From assembly GCA_021739635.1 (NCBI GenBank), contig JAIPBH010000001.1, forward strand, positions 105,209 through 169,208: a stretch of 64,000 nucleotides of DNA, written 5' to 3'. Position 1 is the stretch's first letter, and the number at the start of each line of letters is the position of its first letter. The translations under genes and the position numbers were made by a program. The notes beneath the pieces are model-generated. The model worked only from the letters and a program-made list of their open reading frames with translations, was not told the origin of the DNA and ran no database searches. Below are positions 20,921 through 31,356 of the stretch, piece after piece. The stretch is from Flavobacteriaceae bacterium (GTDB lineage: Bacteria; Bacteroidota; Bacteroidia; Flavobacteriales; Flavobacteriaceae).

Positions 20921-20951
20921 GCAGTTTTCTGTGATGGAATTTTTTAGAAAC

Positions 20952-21539
20952 TTATTTTTCAGAATAGAAGTTTTTAATAATAGATTCCATTTCTTTTTTC
21001 TTTTCTGAAATAGCAATAATCTCATTCCATATATCATCAGAAATGAGTGATTGTAATGGCTGTTCAAGTTTTGGTATTTTATGAAAAACTTTAAGAAGCT
21101 TTTTATCCCATATTTTTGAATACTTCAATAAATCATCAGGATATACTACTTTTCTTTTGGTGCCTTCATCAATACCTCTAAAGGGCTTAGACACGTTTAA
21201 ATACCCATAATCATCAGTTAACTGTTCTCCTGGATAAATATCTCTTATAGCTATCTCAAAATCATAAGCTGTGCTTAGGCAATTAGAATTAAAACTATGA
21301 TTTACAAAACGACCATTATCCCAACAAAGCACTAAGTTTCCATTATTATTTCTAAAGGTATAAGTGTCTAGAATATCTTGATAAATACTATCCATTGTTT
21401 GAAAATCCAATGGGCTAAATTCTCTATCTAGCTTGTCTAATGCCCATGTAATGGTTCCTGCTGCAATAAATTCTGTAGCAACAACACCATAACCAATATC
21501 GTTGTTTATAAATTTAAGCTCCGTTTTTGGGTGAATCAT
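20952..21539 (-). CDS. SET domain protein (putative protein-lysine methyltransferase)
   Basis: RFVNHSFNSNC (NHSC motif) and GEQLTDDYG (ELxxDY motif). Confidence 0.7.
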   Translation of the reverse strand: MIHPKTELKFINNDIGYGVVATEFIAAGTITWALDKLDREFSPLDFQTMDSIYQDILDTYTFRNNNGNLVLCWDNGRFVNHSFNSNCLSTAYDFEIAIRDIYPGEQLTDDYGYLNVSKPFRGIDEGTKRKVVYPDDLLKYSKIWDKKLLKVFHKIPKLEQPLQSLISDDIWNEIIAISEKKKEMESIIKNFYSEK

Positions 21540-21591
21540 ATGGTTAATGGTTTATTTGATTTTGTTGAAAAAAGAAAAACAGTCTAATAAG

Positions 21592-21858
21592 CTATTTTCT
21601 ATAAAGAAAATAATTATTAACTAACTCAATGTAAGCAGTTTTAGCTTCATCAGGGGTAATGTCTTTAATTTGAAATAAAGCATTTGTTTTGAAAGCATTA
21701 ATAATAGGTTTTTTGCTTCCAGGTTTACTGTAGTTGTTTGTAGCTTTTTTATAATAAGCATATAATCTAAGTAAAAAATCGGCAGGAAAAGGCTCTGTGT
21801 ATTCATTTACACGGTCAACTGCCTCTTGAAATTCTTTATCTAAATCGGTACTACTCAT
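21592..21858 (-). CDS. acyl-CoA-binding protein (ACBP)-like
   Basis: FQEAVDRVN...LLRLYAYYKKAT...KPG...AYIELV follows the ACBP four-helix pattern. ATG 21858 overlaps the psd stop (ATGAGTAG). Confidence 0.65.
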   Translation of the reverse strand: MSSTDLDKEFQEAVDRVNEYTEPFPADFLLRLYAYYKKATNNYSKPGSKKPIINAFKTNALFQIKDITPDEAKTAYIELVNNYFLYRK

Positions 21859-22507
21859 TAATTTCAGCAATTATACTTTCCCCACCACGAACTCTTTGGT
21901 TGAGTTCTACTTTTATTTTAGTATTTAAAGGTAAAAATAAATCTACTCTTGAACCAAATTTTATAAAACCAGAATCAGTGCCTTGAGTAACCTGATCATC
22001 TATTTTTGCATAATTAACTATACGTTTTGCTAAAGCTCCAGCTATCTGTCTGTATAATACTTTTCCGTAAGTTTTGTTTTCAACTACAACAGTTGTGCGC
22101 TCGTTTTCTTCACTTGCTTTAGGATGCCATGCCACTAAGTATTTACCAGGATGATATTTGCTAAATATAACAGTTCCGCCAATTGGATACCGAGTCACGT
22201 GCACATTTATAGGCGACATAAATACACTAACTTGTAATCTTTTTTCTTGAAAATATTCTTTTTCAAAAACTTCTTCAATAACCACAACTTTTCCATCAAC
22301 AGGCGAAATAACTTGCGTATCATTAAGAACAGTATGTCTTTTAGGATTTCTAAAAAACTGAAGTATGAGAATTAAAAACCCTAATAACAAAAACCATAGA
22401 CAGTTTTGAAGCCAACGTTCTTGAATAAAAGCATCAATGAGTAAAAACGATGCTATAACAAATATAAATGTTGAAAATATTATTTTATGTCCTTCTTTAT
22501 GAAACAT
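21851..22507 (-). CDS. psd: phosphatidylserine decarboxylase family protein
   Basis: N-terminal TM segments and C-terminal FGSRVDLFLP, the pyruvoyl self-cleavage-type motif. Confidence 0.85.
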   Translation of the reverse strand: MFHKEGHKIIFSTFIFVIASFLLIDAFIQERWLQNCLWFLLLGFLILILQFFRNPKRHTVLNDTQVISPVDGKVVVIEEVFEKEYFQEKRLQVSVFMSPINVHVTRYPIGGTVIFSKYHPGKYLVAWHPKASEENERTTVVVENKTYGKVLYRQIAGALAKRIVNYAKIDDQVTQGTDSGFIKFGSRVDLFLPLNTKIKVELNQRVRGGESIIAEINE

Positions 22508-23318
22508 ATAGTGTAATTCTTAAATATAAATATATAAATGGCGCAGCAAAAATAATGCTATCTAAACGATCAAATAAACCGCCATGACCTGGCATAATCA
22601 TGCCACTGTCTTTAACGTTTGCTTGTCTTTTAAATTTTGATTCTATTAAGTCTCCTAATGTTCCAAAAACACTAATAATAATACTTAATATTAGCCAATT
22701 AGTAAAGGTTAAACTTTGTGTAAAGGTAGCAATAAAATAGCTTGCAATGCATGAAAAAAACAAGCCACCTAAGAATCCTTCAACCGTTTTTTTTGGTGAA
22801 ATTTTTTCAAATAATTTTTGCTTACCAAAATTTTTGCCAACTAAATATGCAAAAGTGTCATTAACCCAAATTAATATAAATGAACCCAATAATATGCTTG
22901 GATTATACGGTTTAAAGTAGTTTGCAATTAAAACTAAAAATACAAAGGCGCTTGATATATAAAAGGTTGTAAGAATAAAACGTTTTGATATAAATAATGG
23001 GATAGTCTTTTCTGAAAACAAATCTTTTATTAAAAAGAGTTCAACAAATATGCTTATAACCATAAGAATTTGAGTGGCTTCATCTAACCCTTTTGTTGGA
23101 TAACTAGTAAGTTGTGAGTACCCAAAAACAATAAATAAAGCTACAAATATAAAATAAGGAACCATGCTTTTTAATTGAATGAGCTTGTTGAATTCAAACA
23201 AACAGATGAGTCCAAAAATAAAAAAAAGCGCTATTAAACTTTGTAAATAGTAAAGCGAAGTAATTAATAGTAAAACATAAAACAAACCAGAAAGTGCCCT
23301 AATTAAAATATCTTTCAT
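22497..23318 (-). CDS. cdsA: phosphatidate cytidylyltransferase
   Basis: Polytopic membrane protein with the CdsA signature SKFKRQANVKDSGMIMPGHGGLFDRLDS. Confidence 0.85.
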   Translation of the reverse strand: MKDILIRALSGLFYVLLLITSLYYLQSLIALFFIFGLICLFEFNKLIQLKSMVPYFIFVALFIVFGYSQLTSYPTKGLDEATQILMVISIFVELFLIKDLFSEKTIPLFISKRFILTTFYISSAFVFLVLIANYFKPYNPSILLGSFILIWVNDTFAYLVGKNFGKQKLFEKISPKKTVEGFLGGLFFSCIASYFIATFTQSLTFTNWLILSIIISVFGTLGDLIESKFKRQANVKDSGMIMPGHGGLFDRLDSIIFAAPFIYLYLRITLYVS

Positions 23319-23365
23319 TTAAATGATTTGTTTTATAGAATCAAAGTGTCAATTGTAATTAAAGA

Positions 23366-23974
23366 TTAAAGATCTTCAAGAAGTAACAAATATAAATTTT
23401 TTGAACTACTTCCATAGCTTAAAAAGTCTTTTTCGTCTGAAGATTTAAAGTGTTTAATAGTAGTAATATTTGTAGGTATTTTTTGTTTGTTTTTATTTTT
23501 TATACCACGCAAACCTTCTCCAATATTTTCAACTATTTGACTAGTAGTAGCAAACACAATAAAGTTTATAGGAAGTTCTGTTAGTTTCTTTTCTGCTATT
23601 TGATTTGAAGAAATAAGTAATGAGCCATCATTACCAATAAGGTTTTCACAAGTGGTTAAAAATATGGTTGAATCACTTAATGTATCAGCGGCCACTAAAC
23701 CACTTTCTTTAAACTTGTCTTTTAAATTTTTGTCAAAAAAGAAAGTTTTTTTGTCTTCCCATTTATTTTCTTGAATAATGTTTTCTAGGCTTTCAAAAAC
23801 CTCCTCTAAATCTTCACAATATAAAAACTTGCCGCCATTTGCTTTAAAGTTTATTGTAAACTTTTCATCTATTGGCAACTTAATTTCTGGCATGTATTTA
23901 CCACGCTCACTAGATTTTAATTCTTCTTCTTTTTTATCAGATATAGAACCAAATATTTTTCTAAAAAGACTCAT
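23366..23974 (-). CDS. LUD (LutC-like) domain protein
   Basis: Size and C-terminal pattern resemble the YkgG/LutC family. The assignment is from memory of the family, not from a strict motif. Confidence 0.55.
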   Translation of the reverse strand: MSLFRKIFGSISDKKEEELKSSERGKYMPEIKLPIDEKFTINFKANGGKFLYCEDLEEVFESLENIIQENKWEDKKTFFFDKNLKDKFKESGLVAADTLSDSTIFLTTCENLIGNDGSLLISSNQIAEKKLTELPINFIVFATTSQIVENIGEGLRGIKNKNKQKIPTNITTIKHFKSSDEKDFLSYGSSSKNLYLLLLEDL

Positions 23975-24019
23975 TCAGGTTTTGCTATTAACTCAGTTTT
24001 CTTTCGAGCTTTTCAAATA

Positions 24020-24057
24020 TAAAAAATCTTAAATTAACCATGCGATTAATTTAAGAT
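24020..24057 (-). terminator. rho-independent terminator after ftsH
   Basis: 12-bp AT-rich stem ATCTTAAATTAA / TTAATTTAAGAT (24026-24057), with a U run on the minus transcript. Confidence 0.5.
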
Positions 24058-24089
24058 TTTTACAATTTGCATTTGAAAATTGTTATATT

Positions 24090-26030
24090 TTATTCGACAA
24101 CAGTCAAATTTTCTTCATTATTGAAATCACGCTTGCCAAAAATTTTCTCAAGATTATCTTTAAAAATCACTTCTTTTTCTAATAATACATTAGCAAGTTC
24201 AGTAAGTTTATCCTTGTTATCTTCAAGAAGTTTTATGGCACGTAAATATTGTGTTTCAATTAAATCTGAAATTTCTTTATCAATTAATTCAGCTGTTTTT
24301 TCACTGTATGGTTTTGTAAACCCATATTCATTTTGACCAGATGAATCATAATAGGTTAAGTTGCCCACTTTATCGCTTAAACCATAAATGGTAACCATGG
24401 CTCTAGCTTGTTTAGTCACTTTTTCTAAATCACTTAAAGCACCTGTTGAAATTTTGTTGAAAATGACTTTTTCTGCGGCTCTTCCACCTAAGGCAGCGCA
24501 CATTTCATCAAGCATTTGTTCTGGGTGAACAATAAGTCGCTCTTCTGGTAAATACCAAGCAGCACCTAATGATCTACCACGTGGCACAATGGTGACTTTT
24601 ACTAACGGAGCCGCATGTTCTAGCATCCAGCTTACGGTAGCATGGCCGGCTTCATGGAATGCAACGGCGCGTTTTTCATTAGGAGTTATAATTTTGTTTT
24701 TCTTTTCTAAACCACCAATAATTCTATCAACGGCATCTAAAAAATCTTGTCTATCAACTTCTTTCTTTCCATTTCTTGCAGCAATTAAGGCTGCTTCATT
24801 GCAAACGTTGGCTATGTCTGCGCCAGAAAAACCTGGGGTTTGTTTCGAAAGAAAATCTAAATCTAAATCTTGAGCTTTTTTAAGTGGGCGCAAATGCACT
24901 TCAAAAATTTCTTTTCGTTCTCTAACGTCTGGTAAGTCAACAAAAATTTGTCTATCAAAACGGCCAGCACGCATTAAAGCAGTATCTAAAATATCAGCTC
25001 TGTTTGTTGCGGCAAGTACAATTACATTGGTGTTAGTACCAAAACCATCCATTTCTGTTAGTAGTTGATTTAGGGTATTTTCACGTTCATCATTGCTTCC
25101 AGACATAGCATTTTTCCCTCTAGCTCTACCAATGGCATCAATTTCATCAATAAAGATGATAGAAGGAGATTTTTCTTTAGCTTGTTTAAATAAATCACGA
25201 ACTCTGGAAGCTCCAACACCAACAAACATTTCAACAAAATCTGAACCAGATAATGAGAAAAAAGGTACTTTAGCTTCACCAGCTACAGCTCTTGCAAGTA
25301 ATGTTTTTCCTGTTCCTGGAGGTCCTACAAGTAGGGCGCCTTTAGGTATTTTACCTCCTAAAGAAGTATATTTTTCTGGGAATTTCAAGAAATCTACAAT
25401 TTCTTGAACTTCTTCTTTTGCACCTTCAAGTCCGGCAACATCTTTAAAAGTTGTTTTTACTTCGGTATTTTGGTCAAAAAGCTTGGCTTTTGATTTTCCT
25501 ATGTTAAATATTTGACCGCCAGCACCTCCACCAGCACCTCCAGACATTCTACGCATTATAAATATCCACACGCCTATAAGCAGAACAAAAGGAAGAATGC
25601 CAATTAATAAATCACCAAAAAAGTTATCTTCAGTGATATAAACAGGTGTTAAATCTAGATTTTTTTCTTTAATAACCTCATTTAATTGGTTTTGAAAAAT
25701 CTGTAAGTCTCCAAACTCAAATTTATAATTTGGTAATTTTGTAGTAGATGGAATCAAAGTACTAGGCTTTGATTTTTTATGAATTTCTTTTTGCTCAGCT
25801 TCTCTTGTTAGATACACTTTGGCAATGCGTTTATTTACAATTTCTACTTTTTCAACATCACCATCGGCAACAAAATTTAAAAATTGTGTTGGATTTGTTG
25901 TACTACCATCTTGATAGCCAACACTACTAAATAATTGTATAGCTAAGAAAATAGCTATTATTATACCATAAATCCAGTAAGGATTAAATTTTGGTTTTTT
26001 GTCTTTTATGTTATTTTTATCGTTTGTCAT
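24090..26030 (-). CDS. ftsH: ATP-dependent zinc metalloprotease FtsH
   Basis: Walker A GPPGTGKT, Walker [12 protein letters not shown] region, and HEAGH zinc site. Confidence 0.95.
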   Translation of the reverse strand: MTNDKNNIKDKKPKFNPYWIYGIIIAIFLAIQLFSSVGYQDGSTTNPTQFLNFVADGDVEKVEIVNKRIAKVYLTREAEQKEIHKKSKPSTLIPSTTKLPNYKFEFGDLQIFQNQLNEVIKEKNLDLTPVYITEDNFFGDLLIGILPFVLLIGVWIFIMRRMSGGAGGGAGGQIFNIGKSKAKLFDQNTEVKTTFKDVAGLEGAKEEVQEIVDFLKFPEKYTSLGGKIPKGALLVGPPGTGKTLLARAVAGEAKVPFFSLSGSDFVEMFVGVGASRVRDLFKQAKEKSPSIIFIDEIDAIGRARGKNAMSGSNDERENTLNQLLTEMDGFGTNTNVIVLAATNRADILDTALMRAGRFDRQIFVDLPDVRERKEIFEVHLRPLKKAQDLDLDFLSKQTPGFSGADIANVCNEAALIAARNGKKEVDRQDFLDAVDRIIGGLEKKNKIITPNEKRAVAFHEAGHATVSWMLEHAAPLVKVTIVPRGRSLGAAWYLPEERLIVHPEQMLDEMCAALGGRAAEKVIFNKISTGALSDLEKVTKQARAMVTIYGLSDKVGNLTYYDSSGQNEYGFTKPYSEKTAELIDKEISDLIETQYLRAIKLLEDNKDKLTELANVLLEKEVIFKDNLEKIFGKRDFNNEENLTVVE

Positions 26031-26034
26031 TTTT

Positions 26035-26406
26035 TTAATAACTCGTTTCTATTAGTGTTGTTTTTGCGTCGCCCCAAAGACTTTCAATGTCATAATAATC
26101 TCTGATATGTTTTTGAAATACGTGTACAACAACATTTACATAATCTAGCAATATCCACTCGGCATTATCTTCTCCTTCAACATGCCATGGATGATCTTTT
26201 AGCTCTTTGCTTACCTTTTTTTGAATGGAATTAGAAATAGCGTTAACTTGTGTATTTGAAGTTCCTTCACAAATTATAAAGTAATCACAAACCGTATTTT
26301 CTATTTCTCTTAAATCAAGGATGCTTATTTCGTTACCTTTAACATCTTCAATGCCACTTATTATTACTGATATTAGTTGGTCTGCGCTTATATTTTGTTT
26401 CGCCAT
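26035..26406 (-). CDS. rsfS: ribosome silencing factor
   Basis: RsfS/Iojap-like sequence (DYFIICEGTSNTQV...WILLDYVNVVVHVF). Confidence 0.9.
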   Translation of the reverse strand: MAKQNISADQLISVIISGIEDVKGNEISILDLREIENTVCDYFIICEGTSNTQVNAISNSIQKKVSKELKDHPWHVEGEDNAEWILLDYVNVVVHVFQKHIRDYYDIESLWGDAKTTLIETSY

Positions 26407-26498
26407 TAATTTGATTTAATTTGTGCAAAGTTATTATTTTTTTAGTTCTTTATACTTAAATTATTCATAAGATTGTATATCACAATAATAACTAGTTA

Positions 26499-27230
26499 AT
26501 GCACATAATCAAACTTAATGCCATTGATTCAACAAACAGCTATTTAAGGACGCTTTCTAGTGAAGTTGTTTTGGTAGATTATACAGTTGTAGTGGCTAAG
26601 TTTCAAACGCAAGGTAGAGGTCAAATGGGCACTGTTTGGAATTCTGAGAGTTCTAAAAACCTTACTGTTAGTGTGTTTAAAGATATTTCAACATTATTTG
26701 TTGAGCATCCTTTTTATATTAGTATGGCAGTTTCTTTAGCTATTATTAAAGCTTTGCAAAGTTTTACTACGCCAAAATTAAGTATTAAATGGCCTAACGA
26801 CATTTTGTCAGAGAACAAAAAAATATGTGGCGTTTTAATTGAAAATGTCATAAAACAAAATAGTTTTAGAGCCACCATTATTGGCATAGGATTAAATGTG
26901 AATCAAACTGATTTTGAAGGATTACCAAAAGCATCTTCTCTAAAATTATTGACAGGAAAAACATTTAATCTTGATGAAGTTTTACATGTGTTGGTGAAGT
27001 ATTTAAAATATTATTTTATGCTTTTAAGAAAGGAAGAGTATGATTTTATAAATAAAGAGTATGAATCTTTTTTGTTTAGAAAAGACAAACCTTCAACATT
27101 TATGGATGCTGAAGGTTTGTTATTTTCTGGAATTATAAAAAATGTATCTGTAACTGGAAGTCTTCAGGTTTTACTTGAAGATAATATTGTAAAAGAATTT
27201 GATTTAAAAGAAATTACCCTTTTATATTAA
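26499..27230 (+). CDS. birA: biotin--[acetyl-CoA-carboxylase] ligase
   Basis: QTQGRGQMGTVW (GRGRxGRxW-type motif) and KWPNDIL. Confidence 0.85.
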   Translation: MHIIKLNAIDSTNSYLRTLSSEVVLVDYTVVVAKFQTQGRGQMGTVWNSESSKNLTVSVFKDISTLFVEHPFYISMAVSLAIIKALQSFTTPKLSIKWPNDILSENKKICGVLIENVIKQNSFRATIIGIGLNVNQTDFEGLPKASSLKLLTGKTFNLDEVLHVLVKYLKYYFMLLRKEEYDFINKEYESFLFRKDKPSTFMDAEGLLFSGIIKNVSVTGSLQVLLEDNIVKEFDLKEITLLY

Positions 27231-27622
27231 ATAGATTTAGGGATGCTTGTTGCAAGTGTCTCAATAAATTTACTTATTGGGCCTTTAATCATCATAGCCA
27301 TCATAGGGTTAAAATCGCCATTAAATTCTAATTGAACTTCACTTGAGGATTCATTAACCTCTTGTATGTTCCCAATTAATGAAAAATCTAGTTTGCCACC
27401 AGCAGCACCAAGTACAATTTTATTTGGAGCAATGACTTCTTTCTTTTTAAGAATAATCTCAGGCATTCCTTTTAATGCAAACAAAAAAGTATCCTCACTT
27501 AACACTTCAAACTTGCTAATATTTTCAGGCATTAAAGACTCAAAGTTTTTAATATCTGATAAAAAATCAAATACCTCTTGAGATGATTTGCTTACGTTTA
27601 TTTTTGGAGATTCTAAATTCAT
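27227..27622 (-). CDS. SRPBCC-fold protein, unknown function
   Basis: Size and alternating beta/helix pattern typical of START/polyketide-cyclase-like proteins. No catalytic motif. Confidence 0.5.
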   Translation of the reverse strand: MNLESPKINVSKSSQEVFDFLSDIKNFESLMPENISKFEVLSEDTFLFALKGMPEIILKKKEVIAPNKIVLGAAGGKLDFSLIGNIQEVNESSSEVQLEFNGDFNPMMAMMIKGPISKFIETLATSIPKSI

Positions 27623-27666
27623 TTTTTTATTTTTTATTATGATATAAGTTAATGATTAAACATATA

Positions 27667-28311
27667 TCAATTAGCATTCCATTCACTTGGGTTTGAATTC
27701 CAAACAGATAAAGTTTTTAATTCTTTTTGAGCTATATAGTTGGTTTCTAAAGCTTGCTCCAATAAATTTTCATAATTACTCAACGTATGAAGCGTGATGT
27801 TTTCCTTTTTAAAATTTTCAGTAGCTACATCAAATCCATAAGAAAAAATGGCAACCATTCCTTTCACATTAACTTTGGCTTCTTTTAATGCTTTTACAGC
27901 ATTCAAACTACTTTTTCCGGTGCTTATTAAATCTTCAACCACTACAACATTTTGTCCACTTTGAATAAATCCTTCAATTTGGTTCATCCTTCCATGGCCT
28001 TTAGCTTCGGGTCTCACGTAAATAAATGGCAAGCCTAAATATTCGGCTACTAACATACCAATTCCAATAGCTCCTGTTGCTACACCTGCAATAACATCGG
28101 GTTTTCCATAAAGCTTTTCAATTTCTTTTCCCATAGTTTCTCTTATGTAATTTCTTATGGTAGGAAAAGATAATATAATACGGTTATCACAATAAATAGG
28201 TGATTTCCATCCTGAAGCCCATGTAAAAGGCTCTTTAGGGCTAAGTTTTATAGCATTTACTTGCAACAAAACTTCAGCTGTTTTTCTAGCAGTTTCTTTA
28301 TTAAAAATCAT
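27667..28311 (-). CDS. pyrE: orotate phosphoribosyltransferase
   Basis: PRPP-binding VVVVEDLISTGKS. Internal ATG (MIFNKETARK) is preferred over the ORF-track start at 28356. Confidence 0.9.
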   Translation of the reverse strand: MIFNKETARKTAEVLLQVNAIKLSPKEPFTWASGWKSPIYCDNRIILSFPTIRNYIRETMGKEIEKLYGKPDVIAGVATGAIGIGMLVAEYLGLPFIYVRPEAKGHGRMNQIEGFIQSGQNVVVVEDLISTGKSSLNAVKALKEAKVNVKGMVAIFSYGFDVATENFKKENITLHTLSNYENLLEQALETNYIAQKELKTLSVWNSNPSEWNAN

Positions 28312-28441
28312 AGCAGCAAAATTACATATAAATTTAGTTTTTTGTAATGCTAGCATATGAATAAAAATATTTTTTTCAACAATTGTTTATTTGTAACGAA
28401 AAATGATATTTTTACCAAATTGTAATTGTTAAATACAACAC

Positions 28442-29023
28442 ATGTATAAAGTTTTTGTTAACGACAAACCTATTGTTTTAACAACTAAAGTTGAGCAAGA
28501 AATTGGTTTTAAGAATTATTTGCTTAATACAGTACATATTGGAAAAGTAATTAAGGAACTTAATAATACTTCTTTAAAAGAAGTTAGACTTATTCATAAA
28601 GATCCTGAAAAACTGCTGAAAAAGTTTTTAAAAAAGCTACCAAACGTTATTGCTGGAGGAGGAAAAGTTTACAATGATAAGGGCGAAATTCTATTTATTT
28701 ACCGAAATGATAAATGGGATTTACCAAAGGGAAAAATAGAAGGAAATGAATCTATAGAGCGAACAGCTTTAAGAGAAGTTACCGAAGAAACCGGCGTTAA
28801 TGGTTTAGAAATCATTAAACCTTTAGAGACAACCTATCATATTTTTAAGCGAAATGGCAGGCATAGAATTAAAATAACCTATTGGTTTGAAATGAAAACC
28901 AGTTTTTGTGGCAACTTGTACGCCCAAGAGGAAGAAGGTATTACAAAGGTTGAATGGTTAAATAATGAGCAGACTGTTGAAGCTCTACAAAACTCTTATG
29001 CTAATATTAGGTTGTTAATTTAA
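28442..29023 (+). CDS. NUDIX hydrolase
   Basis: Nudix box GKIEGNESIERTALREVTEETG. Confidence 0.8.
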   Translation: MYKVFVNDKPIVLTTKVEQEIGFKNYLLNTVHIGKVIKELNNTSLKEVRLIHKDPEKLLKKFLKKLPNVIAGGGKVYNDKGEILFIYRNDKWDLPKGKIEGNESIERTALREVTEETGVNGLEIIKPLETTYHIFKRNGRHRIKITYWFEMKTSFCGNLYAQEEEGITKVEWLNNEQTVEALQNSYANIRLLI

Positions 29024-29149
29024 CTTGTTTATAATAATTTATATTTTAAGTCTTATTTCAAACGTTTTAGCTTCAAATAATTCAAATAAGTTGTTTGCTT
29101 CTTGTCAATCTTTACATTAACTGTAAATTTGCTTCTTCAAAAAAATACC

Positions 29150-30772
29150 ATGACAGAATTTATAAAAAAGCAAACTGCAAACGCAAAAAATGATATTTTA
29201 AGTGGATTAACTGTGGCTTTGGCTTTAGTGCCAGAAGCTGTGGCTTTTGCTTTTGTAGCTGGTGTTGACCCATTAGTTGGTTTATATGCAGCTTTTATGA
29301 TAGGTTTTATTACGGCTATTTTTGGTGGAAGACCAGGTATGATTAGTGGGGCAACAGGTGCTTTAGCGGTTGTTATGGTGGCTTTAGTTGCTGAAGGAAA
29401 TGCAATGGGAACTGAAACTGAAAATCTTGGTTTGTACTATTTATTTGCAACCGTTATTTTAATGGGGATCATTCAAATGTTAGCAGGGTTTTTAAAATTA
29501 GGAAAATTTATCCGCTTGATTCCACATCCGGTTATGATGGGATTTGTAAATGGTTTAGCTATTGTGATATTTTTATCACAATTAAACATGTTTATGATTA
29601 TTGAAAATGGCGAAAAAGTATGGATGCATGGCACTCAACTATGGACCATGATTGGATTGGTAGCTTTTACCATGGGTATTATGTTTGGGCTTCCTAAAAT
29701 AACTAAAAAATTACCGGAAGCCTTAATCGCTATTTTAGTAGTTTCTGCTATTGTAATTTTTGGAAAGTTAGACGTTGCAACCGTTGGAAGTTTTATTAGA
29801 GATGGCGGCGGCGAAGGCTTAAAAGGAGGCTTGCCACAATTTCAATGGGATATTTTCAGCAATGTGCCTTTTAATTTAGAAACCATAAAATTCATATTTC
29901 CTTATGCTTTAATTTTAGCTGCCATAGGTTTAATAGAATCTTTAATGACACTTAATTTGGTTGATGAATTAACCGAAACCAGAGGCGATACCAACCGCGA
30001 ATGTCTTGCCCAAGGTGGTGCCAATATTGTTACAGGATTTTTTGGTGGCATGGGCGGTTGCGCTATGATTGGGCAATCACTTATTAATATAAAAGGTGGA
30101 GGAAGAGGAAGATTATCAGGTATTGTGGCTGCTTTGGCTTTGTTAATCTTTATTCTGTTTGCTTCTGGACTTATAGAAAAAGTGCCCATTGCAGCTTTGG
30201 TTGGTGTTATGTTTATGGTGGTTATTGGAACTTTTGCATGGAGCAGTTTCAGGATTTTAAATAAAATACCAATAAGTGATATGATTGTTTTAGTAGCAGT
30301 ATCATCCTTAACGGTCATTTTTGATTTGGCAATAGCCGTTATTTCTGGTGTTATTATGAGTGCTTTGGTGTTTTCTTGGGAAAACGCTAAAAGAATTAGA
30401 GCACGTAAGCGTTTGCGTGACGATGGTACCAAAGTATATGAAATTTGGGGACCATTATTTTTTGGTTCTACCATTGCTTTTAATGAAAAGTTTGATGTAA
30501 AAAAGGATCCTGAAAATGTAGAAATTGATTTTGTGGAATCACGTATAAGTGACCATTCGGCTATTGAAGCTATTTTTAATTTAGTTAATAAATATGAAGC
30601 TGAAGGAAAGTCAATAAAGTTGAAGCATTTAAGTGAAGATTGTAAAATATTGCTTTACAAGTCAAGCCCTAAATTCAAAGAAGTAATTGTTGAAGCTATT
30701 GATGACCCAAGATATCATTTAGCTGAAAACCCAGAGGCATTTACTAAAGGATTGGGGGAATATAAACTATAG
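29150..30772 (+). CDS. SulP-family inorganic anion transporter with a C-terminal STAS domain
   Basis: Polytopic SulP-like core plus a STAS-like tail. ATG 29150 is preferred over TTG 29102. Confidence 0.85.
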   Translation: MTEFIKKQTANAKNDILSGLTVALALVPEAVAFAFVAGVDPLVGLYAAFMIGFITAIFGGRPGMISGATGALAVVMVALVAEGNAMGTETENLGLYYLFATVILMGIIQMLAGFLKLGKFIRLIPHPVMMGFVNGLAIVIFLSQLNMFMIIENGEKVWMHGTQLWTMIGLVAFTMGIMFGLPKITKKLPEALIAILVVSAIVIFGKLDVATVGSFIRDGGGEGLKGGLPQFQWDIFSNVPFNLETIKFIFPYALILAAIGLIESLMTLNLVDELTETRGDTNRECLAQGGANIVTGFFGGMGGCAMIGQSLINIKGGGRGRLSGIVAALALLIFILFASGLIEKVPIAALVGVMFMVVIGTFAWSSFRILNKIPISDMIVLVAVSSLTVIFDLAIAVISGVIMSALVFSWENAKRIRARKRLRDDGTKVYEIWGPLFFGSTIAFNEKFDVKKDPENVEIDFVESRISDHSAIEAIFNLVNKYEAEGKSIKLKHLSEDCKILLYKSSPKFKEVIVEAIDDPRYHLAENPEAFTKGLGEYKL

Positions 30773-30780
30773 TTTTTTAA

Positions 30781-31236
30781 CTATTTTACCCTAACACTAT
30801 CAGGAACTAAAACGGTATAATCGCCTTGGTTTCTAATAACATCTCTTACAATACTAGAACTTATGTAAGATGTTCTTGCAGCTGTTAACAAGAAAACGGT
30901 TTCTATTTTAGATAAGCGTCTGTTGGTATGTGCAATGGCTTTTTCAAATTCAAAATCGGCAGGATTTCTTAATCCGCGTAATATAAAAGGGACTTTTATT
31001 TCTTTACAAAATTGTACAGTTAAGCCTTCATAAGTTACTACTTTTACTTTAGGTTCGTCTTTAAAGGCTTCTTCAATAAAATGTTTTCGTTCTTCTATTG
31101 AGAACATATATTTTTTATCAGAATTAATACCAATTGCTACAATAATTTCATCAAACAATTCCACGCCTCGTTTAATAATATCGTAATGCCCTAATGTTAA
31201 TGGGTCAAAAGATCCAGGAAAAAGTGCTTTTTTCAT
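30781..31236 (-). CDS. coaD: pantetheine-phosphate adenylyltransferase
   Basis: FPGSFDPLTLGHYDII (HxGH-type) and ISSSIVR motifs. Confidence 0.9.
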   Translation of the reverse strand: MKKALFPGSFDPLTLGHYDIIKRGVELFDEIIVAIGINSDKKYMFSIEERKHFIEEAFKDEPKVKVVTYEGLTVQFCKEIKVPFILRGLRNPADFEFEKAIAHTNRRLSKIETVFLLTAARTSYISSSIVRDVIRNQGDYTVLVPDSVRVK

Positions 31237-31280
31237 ATGTCTGTTTTTATTGTAAAATCGTTAAGTCTTGGTCCTAAGTT

Positions 31281-31356
31281 TTCATTGTTAATTTTTCATT
31301 ATCAATTATCAATTGTCAATTATCAATTGTCAATTGTCAATTATCAATTGTCAAAG
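31281..31356. repeat. RTCAATT heptamer tandem array (7 clean units at 31301-31349, degenerate flanks)
   Basis: ATCAATT ATCAATT GTCAATT ATCAATT GTCAATT GTCAATT ATCAATT read directly. Lies in the ddl-coaD spacer and covers the ddl stop codon. Confidence 0.9.
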
